Origin: Spironucleus salmonicida
Taxonomy: Eukaryota
Direction: 5' to 3'
NCBI RefSeq assembly: GCF_000497125.1
Contig: NC_090600.1
Coordinates: 558,001-622,000, forward strand
DNA: 64,000 nucleotides
This document shows positions 13,442-27,137 of this stretch, piece by piece. A model generated the notes under the pieces. That model saw nothing but the letters and a program-made list of their open reading frames with translations, was not told the DNA's origin and ran no database searches. A program made the position numbers and the translations under genes. Position 1 is the stretch's first letter. Each line of letters opens with the position of its first letter.

Positions 13442-14089
13442 TCACTAAAAAATTGCACTATAAATATTATTTATCAAAGAATCCTGAAGCAGATTTTACA
13501 AAAAAGTTTCATGAGCACTTATCTCCTTGATCTCAAAATTAATCTTAGAGCTATTAATCTAGATCCATTTGATTGCATATCTGACTCTCTCCTCCATTTG
13601 TGCATTCTCCTCTTTGATCCTAAGTAACTTGACCCTCAAGTTCTTGATTTCATCCCTAATTTCCCAAATCGAAATTATCTCCTCATGCTTAGCCTCCAGG
13701 CGGTTTTCAACAATTTCTGCATAATCAAGTTTCTCAACGTACCGTGCGACCTTTGCAACCTGTTCTCTGTACCTCCGCTCCGTCCTGAACTTGATTGTCT
13801 TCTTCTGGGGCCAAAATTGCTGCCGAATCTGATCTTAGCTGTCAATAAGCTGCTCTTGTTTTGCGATTTATAACATTTTAAGATGTTCAATTTTGTCACG
13901 GGACTGTTTGATAACCGACGAGTTTTGCTTTAATATCTATACTTAGTTGACCTAGAAAAGTATAAGGTGTGAAAGTTCATTTTTGAGATTAAATTTCATA
14001 GCTTCGATGCTTTCAACTGATGGTAGTGTTGGGTGGTTACTTTATTGCAGTTTTACTATTTTGTTCATTTTGCTAATTTGGTTTTACAT
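13442..14089 (-). CDS. Hypothetical coiled-coil protein, about 215 aa (alternative start 14068)
   Basis: Open frame ...EIRDEIKNLRVKLLRIKEENAQMEERVR... Ends TAG-TGA. Confidence 0.7.
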
Positions 14090-14104
14090 ATAATAACGTA
14101 ATAA

Positions 14105-14533
14105 TCAGAAAATGTCGTCATCCACATCATTAAATAAGTCACATATATTTTCAGAGCAGTTGTGCTGCGTACCTACTTGGTCGTCATCGAACAATGTCAG
14201 TGGATTGATAACAGTCTAGCTGATGCAGGATATAATTCTTGCAGGTTACTCTATTTTAACATTTTCATCGTTCGACTGGCTAGAGGATAGTTTGAACTAC
14301 GAAATACGCTAAATACTTGTCGATAGCTGCTATTTTGATTTCATATAAAGTTGAATATTGTCACAGCAAATTGGATGTAGGCTCAGATGTGATATTTGGT
14401 TCGACTTACTTATCATTGGCAGACAGACGAGGGGTTTAATCACCTACTAGCTCCTTGCTAGGTACTGATTCTGTGCGAGATTATCTAGTTTTTGTTGGGT
14501 TGAATGAATCATCGTAGTTTTATTATCTCGCAT
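14105..14533 (-). CDS. Hypothetical protein, 142 aa, acidic C-terminus (CDLFNDVDDDIF)
   Basis: ATG to TGA open in code 6. Confidence 0.6.
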
Positions 14534-14787
14534 TTAATTAAGATTTTTAATAAAAGTCAATTAGTTAAATATAGCTGAAAATGTATACATAAAATTCTAG
14601 ATTATTTACTCTAGCATAAAATATACTACATATTTTCCTATATTTTCATATGTCTTTCGGTAGAATAATATTTTATTATTTTATACGTTATTTTATAACT
14701 TTATAATATAAATATCCTAGGAAATAATTCTATTTCAGTTACCCTTATATAACAATATAATAATTAAACAAATTAAAAATACTGAAA

Positions 14788-16665
14788 TCAGAAGCATCCT
14801 TGCGGTGTATCTGGCACTCTAAACTTTTATTTTTCATTAGGCAATGAATTTTTAGTAATAATTAACTTGGGCCCCTTGTTCAAATATTTATTTACCAGAT
14901 CATCATCAATTTTAACCTTTTAGCACTTAAATTCGCTGTAATCTCTTTTACTGATATCAACCACCCCTTACTAACCCATTTATGCCTGCTCCGCCTTCTG
15001 CTCATTCGCACTCTAAACCACCTGATTCATCTGATCGAGCAGACTCGTTTTTTACGCAACTGGCTATTTCAGAATATTAACCTTCCTATCGACCTCCTTT
15101 TCGCTAAATTCGTAATCCGCGTCATTCACCTCAACTTTCTTCATCTCGAACCGCTTGTACCCCAAATCGACGTCCTAAGAGCAGTAAATCGCATTTTACG
15201 GCGATTCCGCGTCAAATTACTCGCCCTCCACCTCCACCTCCGGCCCAATTTCGCCCATAAACTCCCGAATGTGATCGCTCGCCCGCAGCACCTTCACGGA
15301 GTCGAAAAATACCTCCAAAAGCTGCTTCTGGCGCATGTTTTCGTGCCGCAAAACGTCTATTTCCATCTGCAGCGATTTAACGAGATTTTCGGTATTTGGC
15401 CCCTTATTTTGCTCCAAAAAAACCGAATTCGACCTATTAACATCATCATTATCATTAATATCATCATTTTCCTCATTTTCACCCTCAAAACTCTCCCCAA
15501 AATCGCCCTCATCCACAACCGTCAAATTGCACCCACAGCGCCCGCAGCAGCAGCGGACGTACCCAACAGCATTTTTGTCCTCTGCGACGAGCCCAAAACG
15601 GCCAAAAACCGTCATTTCGAGGCTGCCGTCGAAGGCGATTTTTTCGGGCTGCGAGGGGCCCTTATTTGCCCTCAAATTCGTCCTGATGGCCTTGCAGCGA
15701 TTGACGAAATTGAGGCTCGAAAAGCTCTCCTCGAAGTGCGCCTCGCAGGGGCCAATGTTGCCGAAAATCGTCGTTTTGGCGTTGCCCGAAAGGCTGTTTT
15801 GGAGCAGTTTCGTGAGCGTCGAATCGCGGAACGGGACGTGTTTTTTGCGGCTCGAAAGCGCCAAAACGACGTTCTGCAGGCACGAAAGCGACTGGTTTAT
15901 GCACTTCGCCTCTTCGAGCTGCAGACCGCGCGAATTCGTCTTCTGGACGCGCTCGGAACCCGCCAAATCGCAAAAAGTTAATGTGGAGTGGAAATTCGAA
16001 TTGAAAGTGAAATTCAAACTCAAAATTGTGTGCGAACGAGACGAATTTGCGTTCATTTGCGTCTGCGCGTTGACTCTTCGGGAGGCTGATGACGTTAGGA
16101 GCGCGATAATCGAATTTAGAGTGGAAATTTGAATTTAAAGTGAATTGTGGTTGAAAAGCGAGGTCTCATTCTGCTTTAATTTCAGCGGCGTGGGGTTCTT
16201 TTGCAGCAGGTCGTAGATGTTGTTATTATAGAGTTGGACGTATTGTAGCGTGCAGGTAAAATTCTGGCTCGGAAGCTGCTAGAAAATGCTTTACAGCAGC
16301 CGTGGGAGGATGCCGTCCGTCTATTCCGGGTAAAACTGATTTTTACCCGTCAGCAGAGGCGAAGATTCGCTGCCAAAGAGCGTGTATGTTTTTCCTGAAC
16401 TGGTCTGGCCATACGTCAGAATCGTTCGGTTGATGCCATTCTGAATATCAGATAGTATACCCTCTTGGATGTAGTCATACACTTGGGTCTACTGATCATT
16501 TTCGTCAAAAACTCTATCAAATGTGAACTCTCTGCGCTCATAATCGCCACGCTGAATTCGCACCTGCTAGTTAGAAATTTTTATCGCAGCATTATTTTTC
16601 TAGGAGAATTTCAAATCCTAGGAGATCGGTGGTCGGATTCTGATAACTGTCTGAATTTAAGTCAT
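14788..16665 (-). CDS. Kinesin motor domain protein, 625 aa
   Basis: VIRIRP, FTFDRVF, YGQTSSGKTYT, NANSSRSH, DLAGSER, HVPFRDSTLTKLL. Confidence 0.95.
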
Positions 16666-17469
16666 TTTAAATTTTGAAATATACCATATATTATACAAGT
16701 TATAAAATAAATTGATAAAATTTCAAGGTAATATTAAGTTTTTTTAATTTCAATAAAATATACCTGGTTATTATACTGTTTAATATTATCTGGATTTACA
16801 GCAGCTGATATACTTGTATGATAAAGTAAAAGGCTGAAGCTGTTATTTAGTGGACGTTTGAAACATATTTATTAATTTGAAAATGAAATTTTTCTTATTT
16901 TATAGTTTTCGCAATAACTAATATCTTGTAGTCTATAACTATTTGAAAAATTAAGTCATTGTATTGAAAATTTAGAGGAAGTAATATGCTTATATTTAAC
17001 TATAATTGCAGTTATATAAATGAGTATTTAAAATTTTTATAGATAAAGTAAAATCTATATTTTTTGTCTTATAAATATAATTACAATTTAGGTGAATCAT
17101 AAAGATTGTGCACTTGGTGGTATTATGTTTGATCAAAATAATATAAACATCCTATTAATAAGTAAATATTAATTTATTTTATATTATAAATAAAATTAAT
17201 TTAAAATCAGTACTTGATGAAATAAGTAAATTAAAAAAACTCAAACGTATGATTTATAAAATTATATATAAATATAAATCAAATATAATAGACGAATTAA
17301 TATTAATAAGCTTTATTATAAGTAAACAAAATAAAGCAATACATAATTTTTAATGCTATATGAACTTTATATCAACTGAAATTTGATCAGTTTTACTTGA
17401 ATATATCAATTTAGTATCTACATTATATATACCAGTAATAAATAATTATACTCAATATGTAATATTTAT

Positions 17470-17934
17470 TCACTAACAGATTTAGTATGAAAAACGTAAA
17501 ATAATTAAAAATAGATGCTGCCACCAAATTAATAATCTATAAATTTTGTAAAAGTAACTAACCCTACAGTTTAATATATACTCCTGTTAAATAAGAAATT
17601 CTGTGGTAATTAACTATATACTAGAAAAAATAAGGCGATATCTTCTTTTAATGCAAGAGTTTTTCCCAACCGTTAGTAAAACAATCGAACCAAGCTAAAA
17701 GACTATCTATGTAGACAGCTAGATCTCAATTTCAAAAGTCATCTGATACTTTGCCAAGCATGATTAATATGGTCGTATATTTATCTCTAAAAGTAGAAAT
17801 GTCAATTCAAAAATCATTAAAATAGCTAACCCGGAAGTATTCTGATTAACCATAATAGTCTTACTATTTAACTATTAGCTGTCTTATTTTTCAAAAGAGC
17901 ACGAACTTTGTGAAGGCATATCAAATAAATCCAT
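17470..17934 (-). CDS. Hypothetical, probably membrane protein, 154 aa
   Basis: MDLFDMPSQSSCSFEK... with hydrophobic stretches. Ends TAG-TGA. The opposite strand is also long open. Confidence 0.5.
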
Positions 17935-18502
17935 CTCTGTTTTTGATATTAAGAAAGTAATAACATAAAGATATTTATTAGAGTAATTTTATTTTTATTT
18001 TACATTTTATTATAATTTATGGTTTAAATAATTTTATAATTATCATTAGACTAATATAAATTCAAAGAAACAACCATGTAGTAGTTACTGAAGAGAATTG
18101 TATCACAATTTTTGTATATTTATCTGAATAATGCGAATAACTATTGTAAGTACTTTTGAACCAAATTTAAGATTAAATATTGTTAATTATATTTAATATA
18201 TGTGTAAAATAATTTACTTAGTCTTAGAAAAACAAAACCTCTGGTTTTCTTTGAAACTCACAATTACAGTTTAATATATTAGTAAATTATATTTTAAAAA
18301 TAAATTATCACCATGGTTTTACGTTGATAAATTATACTTGTAGTAACAACAAACGATTATGAATCTTAATTAGTAAAGTTTATGTTTTCTCTATTTTTCG
18401 AGACAAGGTAGATAATATGATGCAATGACAATACACTAGAGTAAATTTATTATAAACACTAAATAAGTATATAAGTAAAGATAAGAATACATTCAGAGTG
18501 AC

Positions 18503-19111
18503 TCAAATCTAATGTGTATTGCTTATAAGATGGGTATTTTCATCGCTATTATCATCACAGCAAATAGTAAATATTTTAAAGCATTTACAACCACAGAATC
18601 CATCACAACATAACCAAATACTCAATGTAACAAATATCATCACGATGAGGAATACAATAGCTGAAATAATAAGAATCATGTTTAGTTTTTAAAATATTGC
18701 ACTATCCTTCAGATGGTCATAAGAATCTTAGTCAACACAAACAATATCATAAGGCTTCAGAAAATCTAGTTATTCTTTGACTGGATGATATTTAGATGGG
18801 AGTTATGAAAGGGTTTTTGTTACGTGTACATCATATACAAGACATTATTCCCCAGTGAGTAAAGTTGCGATTTGTGTTACACCAGGAAGCTGAAACTTAA
18901 AATAATATGTTTCCAATCTAATAGGATCAGATAATTCAGTGAACTGTGAATCTATTTATTAAGAAAGGAAAGAATCTTAGGTAAGATTTGTTGTAACAAG
19001 AAGTGTATCCGCAATAAGTAAAGTACATACTGCTAATATTAAACTGATAAAAATTGTATAAATAAATCTAGAAGCTAAATTACTTATATATGAACAAAAG
19101 TTGCAACGCAT
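18503..19111 (-). CDS. Two-TM membrane protein with Cys-rich juxtamembrane tail, 202 aa
   Basis: Hydrophobic FIYTIFISLILAVCTLLIA and MILIISAIVFLIVMIFVTLSIWL, then CCDGFCGCKC. Confidence 0.7.
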
Positions 19112-19307
19112 TTAATAAAGATAGAAAGTTATATATTATCATTATTTTATAGTAAATAGTAATAATAATTTTTTCTATAAACATTAATCAGATAATTAAT
19201 TAAACTTATTTGTTAATAACAACTTTTTATATTTAATTCTTTATTTAATTTACAAAGACAATAAAATTAACTATAATATATATTAACTAGTATGATAACC
19301 TTTTAAA

Positions 19308-20516
19308 ATGCTTCTTATTTTATGCTAATGTGATTATCGATTCGCAGTATTTGAGAATGAAAACAACCTTTTTTATCCTACAGTTACTGCTAGAAACGAA
19401 GCAAAGCTATTTTTTTGTCAGAAATATTCTTAAGCACCGTTTAACATACAAACGAATTGCTTAACACCAGACTCACCATTTTATGCTAGTTTTTCCTCCA
19501 TTTACGATCCATTATTCGCACCATTTATAGTGAAAAATGTGAGAAATTCCCTAATGCTTTTCGAGCACTCCTTAGTCCATAACTCGATAAACCAGGGTCT
19601 ATGCGGGTCCTGCTACGCTATTCCAGCTAAGTTCATTTTGGAGGCCATTTTATACCAAAACTCCTCATTCAATAAGTCCAGACAAATATCTGTCTAGTAG
19701 CTCATTTCCGGTTCAACGTCCGGTGTGAACCGCTACTGTTATGGCGGCCATTTCCAGTTTATCATCCAAGACTTAATACAACAGAAGTTCAACCTAAGCT
19801 TCGATAACCCTTACATAGCCATGTTTTCTAAGTTTACAGCACGTCCACAACCTGCTAAATTATCGAATTTTCCGAGTAAAATATTTCAGATTTTCGAGGT
19901 AAAAGATTGCCAGAAAGCAGTGTTTAGTATTCAAAATGAGACATAATGGAACGATTTTTAGATTCAGTTGATTAAAAATGTGCTAAACCGCGGACTACCG
20001 CTTTCTGGTTAAATGAATACTGGAAGCGGAAAATCGAGTTCAAAATTAAATTCTTACAAAGATGGGATTTTAAATGGTAGGTGCAGCGGGCAGTTTTCAA
20101 ATCACCAGATTCTGCTAGTTGGGTACGGGAAGTACAAGGGGGAAGATATTTGGGTTTTTTAGAACTCGTGGGGCACAAAATGGGGCGTGAATGGTCTATT
20201 TTTCGTGAAAATTGGGAGTAATGCATATTGTACTGAGCGGGAGGTAATGGGTGTCTTCGCTTAGCTATATAACTTTTCAATATCGCAAACCGATTTAGAG
20301 ACCGAATGGGCAAGTGTGAAGCGAGGTTAGAATGGGGTTGATAGAGAGGATGGAAGTTACGAAAAATAGGGTATGGTATTCTGTTTAACGGTTGTATACT
20401 GGTTACTTTGTTTCAGCTGTGTAGGGAGTTTAATTTTCGTAGTAAACTGGGCATTTAATCCAGAATATCCAGATAATCAGTGGATATTAGTGTCATATGA
20501 TGAAAAATATGAATGA
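19308..20516 (+). CDS. Papain-family (C1A, cathepsin-like) cysteine protease with C-terminal TM helix, 402 aa
   Basis: NQGLCGSCYA (catalytic Cys), CYGG, NHQILLVGYG (His), QNSWGTKWGVNG (Asn). C-terminal hydrophobic segment. Confidence 0.92.
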
Positions 20517-20953
20517 TTGTGAAATATAATAAATGAGGTTGGTTAGTTGATTGTAAGGTTGCGGGTAACAAACTGTAATTCAGAAAAGTAAGATGAATAT
20601 TTAAGATTTATAGTTATTATATTGTTATCGAGATTAAAAAGTATCCATCAGCAACAAAGTTTAAGATATACTATAATTGTTTATAAAATCAGTTTCATAA
20701 TATGTAGATGAGATTATGTTATTTTACAATAGTTTATGTGTAAATTAAAAATATATGCATTGTGCATTATTTATCTTAGTTAATATCAAGCTTAGTATTA
20801 GAAAAAAGAAGAGTATTATGTTTCATATTTTTTGTAATTAAAATATATTATTGAAATTATTTTATATATTATTGTAGTTAGGTAAATTTAGACAATTAAA
20901 ATATATTAGTTTTAATATAACTAATATTAGTAATTATCACCCTTTCCTAGAAA

Positions 20954-23900
20954 ATGTCAAGGTATTCATAACTTTCAGACTTGTAGACATCCTATTAAAC
21001 TCTTATTTCTCCTATTCCACATACTTAGCTTATAGAATAGTTTTACCCTTCAATAAATATCAATTAACTAATTTTTAAACTTGCAGCATTGTAAACGACG
21101 TAATTGGTTCATTATTCTTTTGAAACAAATCCTTTACCAGCGAACCCTTTAATAGGTTAAGTACGTAGAAAACTAGAATAGAATGTGGGCGTTGGATTAA
21201 GTAATAACTGCTTAACGACTTTAGATTTAGATATGCCTTTAACAATTGTTTCAAACTTTTCTCATGAAGCACTAGAAGTTAAGACGTTACCATCATTTTC
21301 AGCGCATGGGATTCCATTTGCAGTTAGTTCGGGTCATAATTTAGGGACGCTCAATTAATTTTTAATATATGAAATCAAATAAAAACATGATTAGTTAATA
21401 AATAATCATTAAACAAAAATTTAGACTCTTAGATAGTTATCTCAGATTATTATCAATAAAAAATCTAAATAATCAACTCGAAATACTCCAGTCTACAATT
21501 TAATATTATAAACTTAAAAATCTTTACAGGATACTTTAACTTGTTCGTCCTTACTTACGTCTCTAGTCACTTCAAACTCAAAGGCAAAAAATATACTTTC
21601 TAAACTTATTCTTTCTTTTCAAAAAACTAAAAAATCAACAAATTTAAGTGAAACTTTACGAAATATAGATAAAAAACGATAGAAAGGTGTTTTAAACGAT
21701 ATAGTATAAATTTTACCATTTTCAACAACGACACAAAAGTTAGCTACAGTTCTACCAAATAACAGACCTTATGAAAAGTATGCTATTCTTGCTGCTCTTT
21801 CAGCGCTTAGACTCAAAGAAAAAGCTGCAGTCCTTCCAATTTAAGACCCATAAAGTGCTAATTTTCTCATTAATCAGTTTTGCTAATTTAGTAATAAGAA
21901 AACTGCGCTTTTAATTTCATCATAATAACACATCAAATAGCTACCAAACGAACTATCAAAAAATGTTAGAATTTTTGCGTGGAACAAATTCCACTCAGTA
22001 AAGAAGTCATAGTCGCACGAAATGTTTAGTTTCGGTTGGGAAAAACTGCGAATGAATTTTTTTGGCGAGTAAAAAGTCGAGCAGAACTTCGACCTTATTG
22101 ATTTGGATTTAGTTACTGTGGATTTTGATTCGCTTATTAGTAAAAAAATTGACTTTTCTCCAGTTTTACGAGAACTTAATGTAAAATAATTCGATTTTGC
22201 TATAATTAATAGATTTGATGTTTTTCTAACATAGAAAAAGCTGAGATTTCATAATATTTGTGATATTCCAACGGATTTCAAATTAATTGTAAGCGGAGAA
22301 AATGGTAAGTTTAAATGGTTTAATTAAGCTTTTTTAATGTAGAAAATAGATTAAGAATTGCTTGATTCATTTAAACCTGAATTTTTAACAAACGATGATG
22401 ACGTACTACTATTTCAGCTAGAGAGTGCTGCAAAAAGCTCTATTGAATACTGTCTTATTGAATAGGATAATGTGATAAAAGAGAGAGAAATAGAAGTATA
22501 AGAAATAGTTTTCCAAGAAAACTAAATTAGTTAAAATGAAATTATTTGTAAAATGAGAGAGTTTTTCGATTCATAGGAAGATGATGACATTGTTACATAA
22601 CTAGAAACTTAAATAGGTATACGAACAAAGATAAGCTAGAATGAAAATTAAAGCTAAATGATATAAGTTATTAGGAATGGAGTGCTTGGTTATGATTTTG
22701 AAAAAAATAATTGCGAAAATGTTGCCGAATGTCTTAAAAGTGATATTACGGAACCTTGTGCAAAAGATTTACTAATTTGGATATAAAACTTAGAAAATGA
22801 TAATAAAATTGGTGTGAAAACGTAACCTGATTCTGAGTTTGGGATATAATAATAATTACGATGTTTTGAATTAGTTTAAAAATTAATATAACAACCAGAA
22901 TATGATGAATAAGATGATTAATTTTTGAATTTAAGTTGTTAGCTTTAACTTAATTTTGATTGTATTTTAGATTTTGATGGATTATATGAGTTCAAAACTG
23001 AAGATGTACCTAATTCTATTAAAAATATATATAATGGCCCAGTTTCTTAATTTGGCAAATCTTTAGGATTGGTCTTAGCAAATTCCCGAATATCATCAAT
23101 ATCTTAGCTCCATAATTCAACAAAATAATATCATATCATGAAATAATATATGAAAAGAATAATTAAGTAAAATAGTTAGAGTATTAAATTTAATGCAAAA
23201 TTCTTGGAAGAATATATTAGGTCAGAAATAGAAAGTATAAATTTACCTAATACAACTAATTCTATTATCTAAAATTTAAGTTACTTTAAATTTGATAATT
23301 ATTTTAAGTTAAATATTTAGAAGGATATATTTAGCTAAACATATAGTTTTTATACTCCAGATACTGAATTTTCTATACCAAACTCTTTATTTAGATCTCC
23401 ACTTCAAAAACCCATACTTTTTCCACATCCAACTGGTATGGCAAAGTAAATTTTATAATTGTTAAATCTGAAAAATTCTAGAAGTAAATATTTAATACTT
23501 ACTGACAATGATTAATAAATAGATTAGTTACAACATTAGTTATAAAAATATTCTCATTAAATTTCTATTTCTCCAGATTTAACAGATTTAAATTTTTCAG
23601 AAGTAGTAGTTTTACCTCATGAAAATTCCTAAAAAGCAATAGAAAATCTTAAAAAGATACCTTCGAAAATTACAAAAATTTATTAAGTAAAATAACCACA
23701 TAAACTAAATTTTAAGCAGATTAATCCTATTATTTCTTGTTGTAAGCTAATTGAAGACTAACTTCCTTAGGCAACTTTTGATAAAATCAACTCATTCTAA
23801 CTGATAAAAGAAGCAGATAAGCAAATAGTTTCATAAATTGAAACAGTAGATTTGAAGGAGCGCACAATAGCTGATGAATACTTTAAACTTTGCTACGGTG

Positions 23901-25192
23901 GACGCATTACACCAATTTCACGGAAATTCATAAGAACAATATTTGGCTTATAGGAACAACAACCAATTATCGAATTTACAAGCTACTCTTATACAAATTA
24001 TACACTCTTTGTGAACTCTCTAATAAATTTTCCGTTATTTTCGACGGTTACGACAAATTTGAAGCTTATAGGTTTTTCTTAACGCTAAGTTTAGTAACAA
24101 TTCTCCACGCCTAATACAATAATTATACAAAATAAAATACCTCATTTTCGCTCTCTTCCAACTTCAATTTTCTTACGATTTCGTAAAAACTTGAACTTTT
24201 TGGCCCAAAAGACCATTGTAGCAAATGATGCCCGTAGGGATACTTACTAGGCGAATATTTGTGTGCCAATTTTTATTGATTAGAACCCGTTTAAGAGGTT
24301 TCTATGTCCAAAGTGTTGCGTGGTGAACGAGTAATTGAACTCTTGCCTATCAATTATTTAAGCATGTGCAAGATCAGCGTTATCATAATCTCGTTGTACA
24401 GCGCAGGGAAATTTCCTTTTCCCAGATATTTATTTTTACAATAGTTATATGCAGTTATATCACGGAATATACCGAAGCTTCGTCCATCAAGACATCAGTA
24501 GCATTATTTTAACACTTTAAATCAACAAATAAAATCGTGATTATGTGTAGCATGTTCTTACTGAACGACTTCTAAACTTAATTTACGCATAATTTGCTGA
24601 GCCTAATAGCCAGACTTTCTCCGTAAATGTGTCGTAGACAAAGGACGCAATTCATCGGTTGGCACTTCAAAATTCGACTACCAGTGTCGATTTTACTAGC
24701 CTAAAATTACCGAAAAACATACCGTTGAAGGTGGTTTGGCAGGCATGTAGGTTTATCAAGGGATTTTAATTCCAAAACCTGCGTGGGAACGCTATTCTAC
24801 AAAATTTGGAGCATCACGAGGCTAAAATTAGCCTTGGACGACTTAGTAGGACACAAGAAGGCATTCGACATCCTAGGTTCGAACCCGGTACTAACAGTGT
24901 TTCGTTACTGAGCCATATGGTGCGAAGATTTGGTGGTCGGGAGAATTAGCAGCTGGTGGAGTACGCGGCGGTGTGCAGCTGCATCCCAGCGTGGGTGGTG
25001 AGCCTGAATGTGAAGATCTGCGACAGTGGCTTCGGTGTACGACGCCGCTGCGAGTTTCCGGTGGTGCTGGAGGTGCTGCTGAAAAACTGCGGTGGGCGCG
25101 TAATCCTTCAGCGGATTAAGGAGCATGAGGCTGTGTTCGAGGTGCCGCTGACGGAGGGATGGGAGCGCGAGGTCGAGTGCGACGTGCTGTGA
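20954..25192 (+). CDS. Large hypothetical protein, 1412 aa; last 252 bp lie inside the palindrome arm
   Basis: Read through in one frame from MSRYSQLSDLQ to track ORF 24956..25192 with no TGA. No motif recognised. Confidence 0.8.
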
Positions 25193-25252
25193 GAGAGTGA
25201 ATCATAATATTTTTGGTGACTACCAGGCGGGTTGTTTTACAAAAACTATCGG

Positions 25253-25441
25253 ATGAGAGTATGTTGCCAATTTACTATATTGTATCATTATTCAGACGAG
25301 ACCTAGATAGTTCTTAGCAAAATGAGGAGTGTAAAAATAATGCACAGGCAGGGCCGGGAGCAGCGAGACACACACCTGCACTCCGTAGAGACATAGGAGA
25401 TAAGCGAGTAGGACCTATCGCTATTGTTCCAATACTTTTGA
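25253..25441 (+). CDS. Putative microprotein, 62 aa (alternative start 25322), copy 1
   Basis: ...MRSVKIMHRQGREQRDTHLHSVETQEISEQDLSLLFQYF. TGA followed by GTGA. Confidence 0.4.
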
Positions 25442-25459
25442 GTGATTTTTGCGAATATC

Positions 25460-25891
25460 TCACTAAAGTGCATCGATCCCCATATCCCGACACCGTTTCC
25501 AGATCTACTGCGACGTCCTGGTTGTTAAAACCTTAGATGCAACCCGACAGCTTAGTTGCTAGTCCGTTATGAGCATTTTTAGCATATGGTCCTCTTCTTA
25601 GCTCCACCGCCCTTTCACAATTCCAGGCTAGATTACACGTGTCCAATGCTGCTAGCACTACTTTGCAGTAAAAGTAGACTAGGTTTACTCGTTGATGTGT
25701 TATGCTAACTGCCCGTAGCTAAGAAGATGGGTCTGCTTGAGGTAATGGAGCATTTCATCCTGTTACTTGGTCCAGAATTGCTTTGTTGGATGCGTACTCT
25801 TCGCATGGAGGAGTTCTCCTAGTAATTAACCCTTGAAGCATGCCTCAATTCTGCGCAGTATCTCAAGTGATTCCTTTTCCGCTTTCTCCAT
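25460..25891 (-). CDS. Myb-like DNA-binding protein with two repeats, 143 aa, copy 1
   Basis: FWTKQQDEML...KQCQQHWTRVIQPGIVKGRWSQEEDHML...RTSQQIWKR. Ends TAG-TGA. Confidence 0.88.
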
Positions 25892-26397
25892 TTAAATTTA
25901 AGGTTAACGAATACAAGATACGAGATATATGATATATTACGGCTCATACCAAGTTACCATGATTGTGGGTCGATGTAAATATCATAATGTATAATATATT
26001 TGTATAATAAATTATTTTTACTTTATGATAGTATACACCCTTAATGAGACGTATACATGAATAAAAGTTAAATTATAATATATATGATAATATTACTTGT
26101 TACTAAGTCCTGCTATTATATTGATAATAAGAGGTATTATGTTTTCCACAATTACACTATCATAATAATTATCGTAATACTTTCTAATGGAAACGGAAAC
26201 TGTGAATTTTACCATGTAATATATTTGTGATATTTTATTCGGTTTAAGAATAAATTTATAACTATTTCGAAGTTCCACAATTCAATAAAGTATACAAAGT
26301 TCTATTGTTAGACCATCAGTCCAGTTTCGTATTATTTTTATTTCAATAATAGATAAATCAAATTATTATAAACTACTTAAGTTTATAAATATCAGAA

Positions 26398-26649
26398 ATG
26401 AAGACTAGGCCATCACAGATCCAATCATCAAAAACACATAGTCTCCACAATCTACTAGCCAGAAGAACTATCAAAGAATAAATACCACCTGAATCTCCTT
26501 GTTAACATTTTTAATAAGCATTTCCTTTAAAAAACATAGGAACAGATAACTAAACTCTAGAACTATCAAGTGATATATTTGAAAAAGATGAGACAATATT
26601 GGCACAAAAGATGATTATAGATTTCAGCCTGCTTGAGCTGTAATTGTGA
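26398..26649 (+). CDS. Microprotein, 83 aa, copy 1
   Basis: MKTRPSQIQSSKTHSLHNLLARRTIKEQIPPESPCQHF... resembles 33361..33552. Confidence 0.6.
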
Positions 26650-26903
26650 TATAGTGTATATATTTTATATTGTTTTTATTTGTTAATGATTTAGAACGTG
26701 TCATATAAATACTTTGTGTGTCATCTTCGTTGTAGATTTAAAATATTATTATATATTCTAAATAATTTATTATAAGATTCTATTATGAAAATCAAATAAT
26801 AAGAATACATTTAATACTTTAATGTATTCAGATGAGTAAACAGGAATTATAATGTATATTATATAATATTATATATGTTTGATGGTAAAAATAAACTTTT
26901 TAA

Positions 26904-27137
26904 ATGGGTTGCGGTAATGTAAAATAAATTGTGTTAGCATAAGATTAAGATAATACATCCTAACTGAAGGTAGATACTGTAAGGTTATCAACCTCGTAAT
27001 AAAATTATTAGTTAGATGAGATGTTAGCGTAAAAATCATAATAAAAACTTCCTAAAGAAGAACCATAAGAACCAGAAACATCTGATCTAAATATGAAACC
27101 TGGAGATAAAATTGAAGAATATGATAGTGATCTTTGA
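26904..27137 (+). CDS. Microprotein, 77 aa, N-terminal MGCG dual-acylation motif, in palindrome spacer
   Basis: MGCGNVKQIV...KIEEYDSDL, open in code 6. Confidence 0.65.

Larger units (their letters stand above)
24941..26853. repeat. Left arm of long inverted repeat (1913 bp)
   Basis: Reverse complement of 27389..29301 (coordinate sum 54242). Mirrored track ORFs 24956/29286 and 26093/28149. Confidence 0.95.

Noticed and set aside
15271-16132. Long + strand ORFs opposite the kinesin, and similar shadows at 3256, 34171, 39082 and 48287
   Set aside because: Antisense to well-supported genes in GC-rich islands, with no recognisable motifs.
21060-21317. Minus-strand 85-aa ORF
   Set aside because: Antisense to the 1412-aa gene.
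24840-24897. GGTTCGAACCC tRNA-like T-loop
   Set aside because: T-stem and acceptor stem do not pair, and it lies inside a CDS.
26093-26278. 61-aa GTG-start track ORF and its mirror 27964..28149
   Set aside because: Non-ATG start and several frames equally open in AT-rich DNA. No frame can be supported.
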